Positions 26,822 through 38,480 of a DNA stretch of 64,000 nucleotides are shown here, in pieces. The stretch comes from Raillietiella orientalis. Lineage: Eukaryota. Position 1 is the first letter of the stretch. The number at the start of each line of letters is the position of its first letter. The translations under genes and the position numbers were made by a program. Location: positions 186,001-250,000 of the forward strand of contig JAYWIR010000011.1 of assembly GCA_036172245.1 (NCBI GenBank), given 5' to 3'. The notes beneath the pieces are model-generated. The model ran no database searches and had not been told where the DNA came from. It was given only the letters and a program-made list of their open reading frames with translations.

Positions 26822-29800
26822 GATCCTCGTGGGGGCGCCGCGCGACCAGAACCTGCAGCCCAACAGCAACCGGTCCGGCGCGCTATGGAAGTGCCCTCTG
26901 ACCATGAAATTAGATGACTGCGAGCAGGTGGTAACTGACGGCAAGCGAGGTAATGCCCCCCTGGAGCGGCGAGGATCATCTCTTCGTCGACTACTGACTG
27001 AGCCGCACGAGGGGCAACCCCCAATGTTCGGCCACGGTGCAGCTCACTTCTTCGTTTGGTGACCCGAGCTGATCTTTGCAGCGACCGCTGCTTCGCTGGA
27101 TCCGCGCTTTCCGTTTCCCTCGACGATCGCTCGCGCGTCCGTTCACGGAGGGCCCATCCGCTTTCGGGGACTTCGGCTCCGCTCTGGTCCTCTTCGCCGT
27201 GAGCTCTTGGCCGACCTCGCGCGCCGCCTGGTCGACTAGGCGCGCAGGGAACAACCCGCACTCTTATTCCTCCGGGATGATCGGGACTGCGTCTCGCTCG
27301 GAGAGCGCCGTCGATGCCCTCGGACGTGCGCGGTGGAATTTCGATGCACCTCAGGAGTCAGTTGCCTCCCCGGGAAGTTCATGCGGGTGGGGCTGCCCGC
27401 CTCCGAACCGGTAACGCCCTTTGAGGGAGACCCACCCTCCTTCCCAGCGATCGCGCGGATGCTGCGACCTCGGAAAGCGCCCTGCACCCCGATGGGCGGC
27501 GATTCCCGCGGGCAAAGGTCGAGCCCTCGGCGATGACCTGGAAACGGTGACGACTTCTGGCGCGCTTTCCCCCTCTCCCCTCCCTTCCCCACCCCCTTTT
27601 CCTCCCTTTTTTGCGGCGCGTCGTCGTCGTCAGAGATGCCTTTCGTATAAGAGGACGCTGCTCGCCCGGGCTGCGGACCAGAGGCTACCCCTCCCGCAGG
27701 TGCGACGCGAGAGCTGGTGGCGAAAGCGGGCACGTGCGGTTCACGGCACCTGCGCTCCGCGGCCGGCCGGCCGCGGAGCGTCCAGTCGGCCGTTTCTCCC
27801 GTCACGTGGCGGAGAGTTTCCCAGAGGCGCCATGGCGTGTCCTTCTTGTTCCGCCAGGGAGAGCTCTTGCGGGTCAGCAGACTCCGACGTGGCTTCTCTC
27901 CGAGCGCTGCGGATGCCGCCAGGACAGCAACGACGGCGACACTCACCGTCACAGAAACAACGCACAGCTCCCTCTTCCAGGAAAGGAAAAGCGGCCCGTT
28001 GCCTCGTCGAGCCCAGGATGTGGGTCGCTCGCTCCTGACTTTCCAGCTGGTTCCTGCGAGGGTACCCTCAGCGTGCTCGCCCCACGCCGCAGGGTGTGCC
28101 CTCCTGTTTGGACTCGCCCGCCCCCCTGCGCGGAGAGCGCGCACGCGCGCGCCGGAAGAGGCGACGGCGGGCGCGTGCGTCTGCCTTCTAGTGGCGACTG
28201 TGGGCTTCAACTGCTCTCCGTCAGCCTCCCCCCCCCCTCCCCCGTTTCTTCCCTGCCGCCTTCTGGACGGTAGGCGCCCCCGCCCCTCTCGGAGATGGCG
28301 TCTCCTGAAGCTGGCATGTCCCTTCGAGCAGCGCCATCTCTCGAAAGGACCGAATTGCAACTCATTGCCATTTTTCTGAACTGTTAGTTTCAGGTTGCTT
28401 CTGGAAGCCTCTGTCGTACACGCCTCTCCCTCTGCCTCCTGCTCTGAGATTTTAATGGATTCATTTTTATGCATTTTTTTTTTTTTTAACATGAGGGTTC
28501 GTCATCTAACCAGTTTCCTTTTCATATTTTTCCGGTTCCACGCTGTTGCAGATCTAAGCGATGCATATGACGACTGTAAGTTGATCTGGCTTTCTGAGAC
28601 TCTTTATAACTCCTAACACAAGAGTGGAGCCCCCCGTAGCGGCATGTGCTAACAAGTAGATTGGGGATACCCGCCGAGGCGCGCACCATCGCTCGCACTC
28701 TGCTAACATTTTCTCCCACGAGATGGTGCACTCGAGCATACTAACGCCATCTGCGAGCGCATGGGGGAAGCTTTTTGCTTGGCACGACTAACATCCTGGC
28801 TGCATTCGGCTTCAGTTCCCTTGCTTGCTGTGTACGTCCGGTGTGTCGACCAAGTGTTTTCTCCTTTCTTTTTTATTTTTCTCACTTGCTGCTGCTGCTG
28901 CTGCTGCTTGTGTTGTGGCTAGGCCACGAGAGTGTGCTGCTTGTGCTCAGATGCAAGCGTCGTATCACCCGTGAAGATGAGCGCTTCGATGCCTCGTCGT
29001 CGTCGTCGTCGTCGTCGCCTTTGTGGGGAACCCCACCCTACCCCTTCTCCCTCATTCCCCGGATCTCGGGTTATCGGGCACACTGTCGCCTCCAGGGAAG
29101 GAAGGAAGTGCGCGAGGACTCCTCCTGTCCCTCGGGGCGCAGCTGCCGCCCACCCCCCCCGCGGTAGCCGCGTGGGGTTCTCCGCAGGAAAGACGGCGGC
29201 GGCAGGTCCTCCCCCGAGCGGCCTTTCTCGCTCCCGTCTCACCCCAGCCTGCAGACCCTTGCTGATGGGGAAGCGGTGGGCGGGGGAGGGGAGGGCCGCT
29301 CTGGCCGAGAAGTGGAGCCCTCCCGCTTCCTCTCCCCTGCTCGTCTGCCTGCTTGCTTGGCTCCCGTTCTGCCCCTTCCCCTTTTCCTCGACTGCGTCGC
29401 TTGCGATGCCCCCGCCGTCTCCCGGCCGGGAGCATCCCGAGCGGCGGCGCCTCGGAGACTCGCCTTCCGTGAGAGGGCGTGACTATCGCATCCCCTGCTT
29501 ACTCCTCATCCCCAGTCCCTCCTGTTCCCCAGATGCAGCTCCCGGCGCATGGATGAGCCCCCGCTTGAGACGAGCTGCATGTCGCGTCGTCCGTTGCCGT
29601 TGGCGGCGGCGACACCCCGTGCTTGCGAGTGCCCGAGATGCTTTTTTGAAATCTGCTTGAAGACGCGCTGCTGCTGCTGCTGCTGACTCATTGTTGTCTT
29701 TCCGCGCAGCCGTTAATGCGTCTCGTCTTTTTCCGGTCAACAAAAATGAAATTAAAACGGACCAGTGGATGGGAGTCACCGTGCGAAGCCAAGGCCCCGG

Positions 29801-32800
29801 GCGAAAAGTCCTGGTAAGTGCCCGCGGCTGGCGATCGCGCCCTCTCGCGCTCGGCAGGACCGCGGCGCTCCTCGCTGTCTCCTCAAAGGATCAGCGACCT
29901 TCCTCCGGCCGAACCGGCGGTGCTACGGCGGCAGACAGCCCGCCTGCGCCCTCGTGGTCCGGGACGGGTGGGGGAGAGGGGAAATGGGGACTTTCCCGTC
30001 CACAGGGGACCTCTCCGGCCACCCAGCGGCGCGAAGGCGAAGCGCAGCTCCGCCTTATTGCTCCAGCGCGGAGAGGAGCCTCGTCATTGCCTCGGGAAGA
30101 GTCCTCTCTTGGTCGAGCCCCGCCGTGTCCGCAGGGACTCGCCAAGCGGACCAACTTCACGCCCAGCGTCCGGAGGAGGCATCGGCGCGCGCTCTCCCCC
30201 TGGCACTCAGACCTGTCACGAACGGGAAGAGGTCACTTCCAGCGCACGAAGGGGACCACCCCACCAATCTAGGAAGTGCTCCGGAGGAATGGCGAGCCCG
30301 TTCTTCTCGCGCCCGGGAAGGCATCTCGGAAGGAGCCACCTCTTCCCGAACCCTTCCCCCATTTTCTGTGGAGGGCACTCCCCTAAGGCAACAGAAGGTT
30401 TCTTACACTCCGGAGAGGAACCAATCCACGGGCTCCATGCTACGAGATGGCGGGTCCCCCTCACGAAAGGGGTGGGGTGGGGCACGCGTCACCGGGGGTC
30501 GCGGGTTCGAATCCCGCCCGGTACGAAAAAGCATCGAAGCCGAGAACAGCGGTGCGTCGGAGGGTTTCGGGTTTTTTCCGCGAAATGACGCTGGTTGGCC
30601 TGCAAGCTCCGGGCGAGGCGGTGCTTGTGGAATTCGGACGCCCCTGTAGACTGATCGCCGGGATCTGAAGATGACCTTACGGGGTCCTTCTAGGAAACTG
30701 AATCAAGGAATCGGGTCCCCTCCGGATATGCCAAAGATTCTTCCTCCCCCACCCCACCCCTTTCGTGAGGTGGGCACTCCATCTCGTACCATGTTGACCC
30801 TTCCGCTTGGTGGGTCCCCGCGGACACGGCGGGTACCTACCGGGCGGATTCCCGGAGGCAGACCCTTTTCTAGTGCCTTTTCAAAACGACTGGCCCCCGT
30901 GAAGAGTTCCGTGTGCACTTGGAAGAACTGTCTGCCCTTGGCTCCTTCCTTGGAGACGCGCCCCGGGTGACGACCTCCGCTCGAGCGCTGCGGGCTCGCG
31001 CATCTGCGCAGGACGTCCTCGCGGGTTCTTCATCCCTGAAGCTTGTCGTTTTCCCAGGTTTGCGCCCACAGGTACATCGCCAAAGGGAACGATTACCAGT
31101 GGGGGCGCGGCTTGTGCTACACTCTGAACCAGTGGCTGGAATGGGAGAACGCGTGGGAGCCCTGTGTCAACAGGAAGACCAACAGGTAGCTCTACCGTGA
31201 GCGAGCTTCCCCCTTCATTCCGCCCTCCAGAGGTCACGAGCAGTGGGGGTACTGCCAAGTGGGCACGAGCGGCTTCCTTACCGAAAACGACGTCGCCCTC
31301 CTCGGCACCCCGGGGCCGTACACGTGGAGAGGAACGGTTTTCGCGGTGAACATCTCCGACTCGTACCTAGACCGGGACAAGACCTTCTACCACGTGCCGG
31401 TCACGGAGAACAACTCGCCGGTGGACAAGTACAGTTACCTGGGTAACCGTCATGGCGAGCGAGCGATGGCGGGAGGAGGGGGAGCGGAAGGATGCGGCTG
31501 CAGCAGCGTGTGCTCTTTCCTCCTCTTCCTCCCTTCCCTTTCCTTCCCCAGTCACGTTATAGCGCCGTCCTCCCTCTCAACCTCCCGCACCCCGCGCCCC
31601 TATCGTTCCTTCCTCCTCAGGGTTTTCGGTCGCTGCCGGGCGGTTCTTCGGCGATCACGTCTCGTACGTAGCTGGTGCCCCGCGCGCGAACGGTACCGGG
31701 GTGGTGGTCTTCTTCCGGAAGCCTCCCAGCAGCCCCAGCGGCAACTCCACCTTGCTCGTGGAGCTCACCCTCCCGGGCCACGTCTTCGCTTCCAGCTTCG
31801 GGTACGAGTTGGCCACCGCCGACTTCAATGCCGACGGGTAAGGGCTTGGAAGAGCGCGCGGAGAGAGGAGCCGCCCCTTTCCCCCTCCTCACCCAAGATT
31901 CTCCGACCTGATCGTGGGCGCCCCGTTCTACTACTCCAAGAACAAGGGCGGCGCTGTGTACGTGTACATGAACCCGGGGCCGTCGGCAGGAAGCGGAGCT
32001 GCCGCCTTCCCCAAGGCACCTTCGGTCGTCGTGGAAGGCCAGCCAGAGTCCCGCTTCGGACTGTCCATCGCCAACCTCAGGGACATCAACCAGGACGGAT
32101 ACGACGACGTGGCAGTGGGTGCTCCCTACGAAGGCCAGGGGTCCGTCCACATCTTCCTGGGGTCTGCCGCGGGGTTCATCGGCAAGCCTTCACAGGCAAG
32201 TCGTCGCAAGCCCGGGTCAGGGAGGCTCAGGGTCGGCCCCCGTGGACGGATGTTTGCCACCCACGCGCTGCTCCCTCAGGTGCTCTATGCCTCCGACATG
32301 CCGCTGCCCGTGCCCAAGTCTTTCGGCTACTCCCTGTCCGGAGGGATGGACCTCGACGGCAACGGTTACCCTGACCTTCTCGTTGGTGCCTACGCGGACA
32401 GCAAGGTCTTCCTCATTCGCGCGCGACCCGTCATCGGCATCGTCACCCGGGTCGATCCCATTGACAACATGACCAACGTCGACCCTTCCGCCGCGGGCTG
32501 CTCCCTGGACTCCGGTGCTGCGAGCGTCTGGTAAGCGCCCATCCCTCTCTTTCTCCCCGTACTCCCCCTCTCCTCACGTTTCCTTGCCTCTCTCCGCCCT
32601 CCCCTCGCTCCTCCTCCTCCCCATACGTCCATCAGCCCTCTTTCCGTCCCTTCCTCCCCCCCCCCCCCTTTTCCGGTCGTTCCCCATCGCTACAGCGGTG
32701 CGGGCCGTGTCGGCAGCTTCGCCTTCCGGGCCTGCTTCCAGATGAACACCACGAAGAAGCTGAACGACCTCGAGATGAGGTACCGCATCGAGGCCGAGAC

Positions 32801-35800
32801 GTTCGCCAAGACCAAGTTCTCTCGCGTGAGGTTCAGGGACGGACTGCCTGAGCGCTCCAACGTCGTCGAGAAGAGAATCCGCCTTAGCAAACACAACGTG
32901 AACTATTCCAAGTGTACCGAGGAGGTGGTCTACTTGAAGGTGAGGCCTCCGTTCCTTCCCCCATCCCTGCGACTCCATCACCCCACCCTCCCTCTCCCTG
33001 CCGCTCTCGGGAGGGGAGGTGAACAGGAGTTGGAGCCACGCAGAGGCTTACGGAAAGAATGGGTCGCATCCCCGAGACCTCTCTTCCTTCCTCTTCACCG
33101 CGTGATCTTCCCCTGCCCAGCTCCTCCCCTCGATTTTCTGCTTCGTCGCCTCCACTCGCTCTTCAGGACGCGCAGATCGGCGTCGCCGTCAAGCATTCCC
33201 ATCCGCAGCCAGCAAGGGAGCTGCAAGTAAAGAAAGGGGACAGAGGCGCGGGGGGGGGGGGGTCGCAGCTCCTATGCGGTGGTAAGGATGGGGGTTGAAA
33301 GGGGAGGCCCTCTCACGAGGGCAGACCCTTCTCTTCTGGTCCACCCGGAGAACGGAGTCTTCCTCTGTTCCCCCCCTGCGTGTTCGGCAAGCCTCCCTTC
33401 CTTTCCTTGCTCGCCAGATGAGGATTGTCGGGCCCAAGTCCTTCGCTTCACGGAGGCTTCTGTCCCCTACCCCTTTTGAGAGCTCCTCTGCCGAAGGACC
33501 GTGCTTGTCCTGCTCCAGTGACGCCACGGATCTCCTCCTGAGAAGAACACGGCTGCTTCCCAGCGGAAGTTTCCGGTTCTTTTTGCCCTCCCCTCCTCCC
33601 TCGTGTTTCCTCAAGGTCTTTTTCCTCTCCTTGTCTGTGACTTACAGCGCCTCACTCTTTTTGCGAAGAAGATAGACGTGGCGGCTCCACACCGCAGCGG
33701 TCAAAAAGGCATCTTTGTGCTCCACCTTTTTTTATTTTCGTCTTTCTCCTCCTCCTTCTCTCCTCAACTTCCCCTCTTCCGCCTTCCCGGTTTTTGGCCC
33801 ACGACCGGGGTCCGAGGAAACGCCACTGACTCTCTTCCATCGCCCGGCAGGACAACGTGCAAGACATCCAGACGGCCCTGGAATTCAAGCTGACTTACAG
33901 CCTTACCCAGGAGCAGCCGGTGTACAGCCTGCGATGGGAGGACATGAACCAGTTTCCGATCCTCAACCAGCAGGAGGCCATCAAGTACTTCCAGGCGCAG
34001 TTTCACAAAGACTGCGGGGACAACGACGTCTGCGAGAGCGACCTCCACCTGGAAGTGACCACGAACCTCAAGCTGGGTGAGTCCTCTGCCCCCGCGCTGT
34101 CCTCCCGCAGCCCGCCACTCTTGATCTCCTCCCCAGACGAGGACGGCCTGCCCGCGCTGCAGCTGGGCGAACAGAACGAGATCGTGCTGAGAGTGCTCAT
34201 CGTCAACAGGGGGGAGTCGGCGTACATGGCCGCCCTGTACGTCGCCCACGCTGACAGCGTCACTTTCACCGGGAAGTTGAAGACGCAGGAGGTTGGTGCT
34301 CCCTCCCCGGACCTCCAGTGCCTTTCACCTTGCCCCATCCTCCTCCTGAATCGCAGCCAAGCCCGTTCGAGTGCTCCGACGTCAGCAGGGGCATCCTCAA
34401 GTGCACCCTGGGCAACCCGTTCAAGCATGGCTCCGGCGAGCTCCAGCTGCGTTTCAACCCATCCGGTCTGACCGACGTCGAATCGCACGTCGAGTTCGGC
34501 ATTTCCGCCAACACGACGTCCGTGGAGACGCACCTGCAGGAGCCCATCGTGCTGGTCGCCAAGGTCGTCAAGCGGGCCGAGCTGTCCATCATCGGGTATG
34601 CCTTCTTCCTTTGCTGCTGCCGCCACCTCTGCTGGTCCGAGTTCCTCGGGCTTCCTCCCGCCCACTCTTCCCTTCCCTGTGGGAGGGTGGAACGAAGGAC
34701 CCCCTCAGGGAAGCAGCCCGGAGCGCGACGTTGGGCAGCGGAGCGCCGCTTCCCACTGGACGCCAAGCTGCGACTGGTACTGCTCCCAATTCGCCTCTTC
34801 CTGCCCTTCTCCTCTCCCTTTCCTACCTCTTTCCCCGTCGACATTCCTTCCCTCAAAAACAAGGTCATCCTCTCGCCGTCGCCTCTTTCGCGGGGGGGGC
34901 GCTCGCACTGCGGGCCGCCCTCTGCATGTGCGCCTCAGCTGTGCACCCGCATTCCTGCTCTGCCCCTTGCAACTCGTAGGCGCCCCGGAATTCTGTCATC
35001 GCTCCGCTGCCCACGGGGGCAGGCGCCGCCTGCAGGCAGAGGTGTAGGTGGTATGGAATGGGATGGAGGTCGCGGTGTTGGGATCGAGCAGTCGGAGGCA
35101 TTGGTGCCGTGGAGATGATCTGTGGACGTTCCGGTCGCCGTCCTCGCTCCGGTCGTGGCTGCGTCGGGTTGCGGTTGCTCCGGGGACTCCTTCTTAAACC
35201 GTTCTCCCCCCTCCCCCCCTTCCACTGCCGCCTTGCTGCAGCTTTCCCCACTGTGGGAGCGGTGCCAGGCGATCCGCGTCCCTTTTATTCCTTCGTCTTC
35301 TTCCTGTCCCTCGTTTGGCAAGCCTGCCGGCCACCATACCGTCTCAGAACGGGAGGGAAGTGGGGGTACAGGAAAGGGAGAGGGAGGGGGAGAGCGCGTG
35401 ATGTGGACGACTGGCCATATCGTATCAGCCGCCTTCTCAGCGAGAAGACTTCCAGGAGAAGGTTCCATCCTCCCCACCACACACACCCTCTCACTCACAC
35501 TCCCGCGCCGGCGACCCCATTCCTGGCGTGCCGTAGGGAACCGTGTCCTCTCCTCCCCGCAGGCAGGCGCGTCCGGAGCTGGTCATCTACGGCGGCGCGG
35601 TGGTGGGTGAGTCCGCCCTGCAGTACCTGGACGAGGTGGGCCTGAGGGTGGAGCACGTTTACGAAGTCATCAACCGGGGACCCTGGAGGGCCACCAAGCT
35701 CAACGTCATCATCAGCTGGCCTTACGAGGTGGAGAACAACCGCACCCACGGGAAGTGGCTCCTATACCTCACGGACGTCCCCCACGTCGTCGGTAGGAAA

Positions 35801-37074
35801 CGCAGCCGTTCCGGGGAGGGCCGGTGGCGAGGAGGTCGGCTCCGCGCCACCCCTCGCTCTTCCTCCCCCCCACTTCTCCACCAGCCCCGTCGAAAACGGT
35901 TTGCTGCCTTCCAGGAGGAGACAAGTGCGAAGTGCCCCCGGAGCGCGTCAACGTCCTCCGCCTGAGGAAGAGACCCGGGGAGTTGGACGAGGAGGAGCCC
36001 CTGCTGCACCCCACCTACGACGCCGGGGTGGAGGCTGCCTCCTCAGGCGAAAACGACGCCAGCGGCGGATTCCCGGCCTACCGCAAGGAGAGCCGGGAGG
36101 GGCGACTGCGGACGTACGTCTACCGCGGACCTTCCAAGGAACCGGACGAGTCCCGGGTCGGAAGAGAGCGGCGGCGACGGGACGTCATGGAGCCGATCGC
36201 CGATGAGCTGGTGGTCGACAAGGACGGCAGGAAGAAGCGCATCGTCACCATGGTGAGTGGAAACCGCGAGGTGCTGGACGAAGGCGGGGCAGGGGCAGGG
36301 GATGTCGAACTGGGTGGGAAGCTACGGATCCATCTTCAAGAATGGCCCCGGTGCGATGCCCGGGGTTGGTGGATTGCACTGTCCCACCGGGGGGGCGCCC
36401 AATGGCCCCACCCGGAGAGAGAGGGAGGTGGGCACGGAGACTCTGGCGGGGAAGGGCAGTGCTGCACCCTTCAATGGGGGTAGGCAGCAGCGGGATTCTC
36501 GCAGGGAAGAGGCAGCCGGAGATGAAGGAGCCTCTCCGCCTTGAACCGTGGGCCTCCGTTCCGGACTCGTAGTGACCCCCGCTTTGCCCCTCCCCAGAAA
36601 TGCGGGCGCACGGCCAAGTGCTTCCGGTTCAAGTGCGTCATCCGCAACCTGCTCAAGGACCAGTCCATGTACATCCGCGTGCCGGCACGCCTGTGGAACG
36701 CCACGCTCGTGGAAGACTACCCGCGCGTGCAGCGGGTGGAGATCCAGTCGCGGGCAGAGATAGAGGTGGAGGACCGGCTGCTGGACCAGGACGACCTGAC
36801 GGACGACTGGATCACGGTGAGTCCCTCCTCCCTGCAGCCCCGAGCTCTGCCCAACACCTCCCCTCCTTCCTCTTCCCTGCAGGCCACGACGAAGGCGTAC
36901 CCGGATCCCCGCCTCGTCCAGGAGGAGGTTCAGAAGGTGCCTCTGTGGGTCATCGTGGTGTCCGTGCTCACCGGCCTGGCGCTGCTGGTCATCCTCACGC
37001 TGATCCTCTGGAGGATGGGGTTCTTCAAACGTCCGAACAAAGCCCTCCAGAACGGACGCACGGGCAGTACGTGA
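26822..37074 (+). CDS. mew: Integrin alpha subunit, PS1/laminin-binding clade (ITGA3/6/7-like), 5'-partial multi-exon CDS
   Basis: Phase-consistent exons: 26822-26949, [28552-28575], 29710-29813, 31058-31185, 31231-31442, 31621-31837, 31898-32195, 32280-32530, 32717-32939, 33851-34076, 34137-34291, 34357-34595, 35563-35792, 35915-36252, 36598-36816, 36883-37074. Motifs: ILVGAP, DQWMGVTVRSQGPG..VCAHRY, FG-GAP/Ca loops (DFNADG, DINQDGYDD, DLDGNGYPD), RARPV, KDCGDNDVCESDL, CTLGNP, basic cleavage site RERRRR, TM helix and GFFKR. No I-domain. Signal-peptide/first exon not found. Clade assignment is from recalled motif similarity. Confidence 0.93.
28552..28575 (+). CDS. 24-nt frame-preserving microexon of the integrin alpha gene (adds 8 codons, DLSDAYDD)
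   Basis: CTAAC branch-like motif at 28506-28510, pyrimidine tract, ttgcag acceptor, then ATCTAAGCGATGCATATGACGACT, then gtaagt donor. Phase 1-1 matches the flanking exons ending 26949 and starting 29710. Confidence 0.75.
30250..30480 (-). mobile_element. Same SINE-like family, 3' half in inverted orientation
   Basis: Reverse complement contains GTGGATTGGTTCCTCTCCGGAGTGTAAGAA (cf. 19481-19510) and CCACCCCACCCCTTTCGTGAGG (cf. 30749-30770). Confidence 0.68.
30481..30980 (+). mobile_element. Same SINE-like family, copy in an integrin intron
   Basis: CACCGGGGGTCGCGGGTTCGAATCCC (B box 30504-30515) and GGGGTCCTTCTAGGAAACTGAATCAAGGA. Confidence 0.72.
32196..32279 (+). other. GC-AG intron (84 nt) in the integrin alpha gene
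   Basis: Donor CAG|GCAAGT and acceptor ctccctcag|GTG. Removal joins KPSQ to VLYASD, as expected between FG-GAP repeats. Confidence 0.8.
33290..33500 (-). mobile_element. Possible degraded inverted copy of the same family
   Basis: CCGGAGAACGGAGTCTTCCT resembles the reverse complement of 54886-54907; the remainder is only weakly similar. Confidence 0.3.
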
Positions 37075-38134
37075 GGGAGGTGGGGGAGGGCGTCTCCCCC
37101 TGCCGGACCTGCAGCGTGGGAAGCCGCCGCCGTCCTGAGCCCGGTGAAGAAGACGCGGCAGCGCGCCAGATGCAGCCGTTGCCCGGCGACCGTTCAGGCG
37201 CCGGACGGGGAGGAGGTGGCGGACAACGACGACCAACGCCTCTTCCTCACCCCCTCTTCCGCCCACTCCCCGCGGAAGACGACGGCAGCGCCTCTCCCCC
37301 GCCTCCCATCCCTCGCCCCTCCCTCTCGCCTCCCGTCCCCTCTCGAGAACCGCGAAGCGACTGGCCGAGGACGCCCTCCTCCTCCCTCGCCTCTCCCGGA
37401 AGGACCGACCGGCCTCGAGGGGACATGGAGGCGGCTAGCTCCTCCTGTCCCTGCACCGGTGCCAGCATCAGCATGGCTACCGTTTGCTAGCGTCCCACAT
37501 CCGAAATAATGATGAACGGAAAAAAAAAAAAAAAAAAAAGAACACCGCAGAATGAAACAGAGTTCCGGTTGTACCACCGCCCTCTGCAGGTGGGAGGGAA
37601 GGCATGGCTTGGGCGGCCGCAGCGGCTCGGGTTGGCAGTGCTGCGCCGGATGCTCCCGGAGAGAGCTCCTCTGCTTGCAGGAAGCTCCTCGCTCTCCTCT
37701 GCGGCAGGTTCCCGGCCCACCTCGCAGCCGCAAGCAGGCGGTTCCTCTGGCTCTTCGGAGGGCCCGCGGTATCCGGGCGACTCGCAACCGGGGCTACCTG
37801 GACTGCTGGCAGGATGCAGGCTCAGAAGATTCTTGCCATGAGCGGCAAAGCGGGAGAGGGCCAAAGGGATGGGCAGCTCTCTCTCCCTACTCTTTGGACC
37901 GTCCCGTTCCGCGTGGTTGGACCCTTCTAGGTCGAGTCATCGTCCGTTTCTGGTGTCCGCGTCGCTCCGACGCAGCGCTCCTGACCCAGTCTGCTGCCTT
38001 GGAGATCCCCTGCAGACCCTTGTTTGTTTGCAGCTTCCTGCAGCACAAATCATCTTCCAGATGCTGCGCGTTCTTTGCCTTGTTGGCGGGACTGGTCACC
38101 ATTTCTGTTCTTGACTACAGGAGAAGCGGTCGTT

Positions 38135-38480
38135 CCATGGAGTAAGTGTGGTACTTCACCAGAATGCAGAGAAGCGTCCCTCTCCCTTCGGGGTTCTCTT
38201 CAGAGGGGCAGACAGGAGCTGTTCCCTTGCAGGTTCCCTCCGGAAGAGGAAAAATGGAACAGACTCCTTCGGGGATCCCTCTGGAGATAATAAAGGAAGG
38301 AGATTCCCTTGGGGGTTCCCTTCGGAGACAACCAAGGTGGAGGTTTCCATTCGGAGATCGCTCCCCAGGGGTGAGAGAAACTGAATGTCTTCTCCGGAGC
38401 CCCGTTTGGGTTCACAGGGTGGTCTCCCCCTGGGGAACCTCCTCCTATCTTTGAAGAATTACACGCACCTTCGGTGGCGT
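38135..38480 (+). mobile_element. Same SINE-like family, 3' part with 4-5 tandem ~40-bp subrepeats
   Basis: CGGAGACAACCAAGGTGGAGGT matches 54836-54857; ends CCTATCTTTGAAG. Confidence 0.7.

Noticed and set aside
27236..28492. 418-aa minus-strand ORF and other ORFs antisense to the integrin
   Set aside because: No domain; explained by GC content and the shadow of G/C-ending codons.
30660..30710. Hammerhead-like CTGAAGA...GAAAC
   Set aside because: Stem II does not abut GAAA, and other family copies lack the core.
31186..31620. Duplicated mutually exclusive X1/X2-type exon as in ITGA6/7
   Set aside because: Only one copy is present and the flanking introns (45 and 178 nt) leave no room.
38170..38370. 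CRISPR-like array
   Set aside because: Eukaryotic context; degenerate contiguous units without unique spacers; no cas genes.
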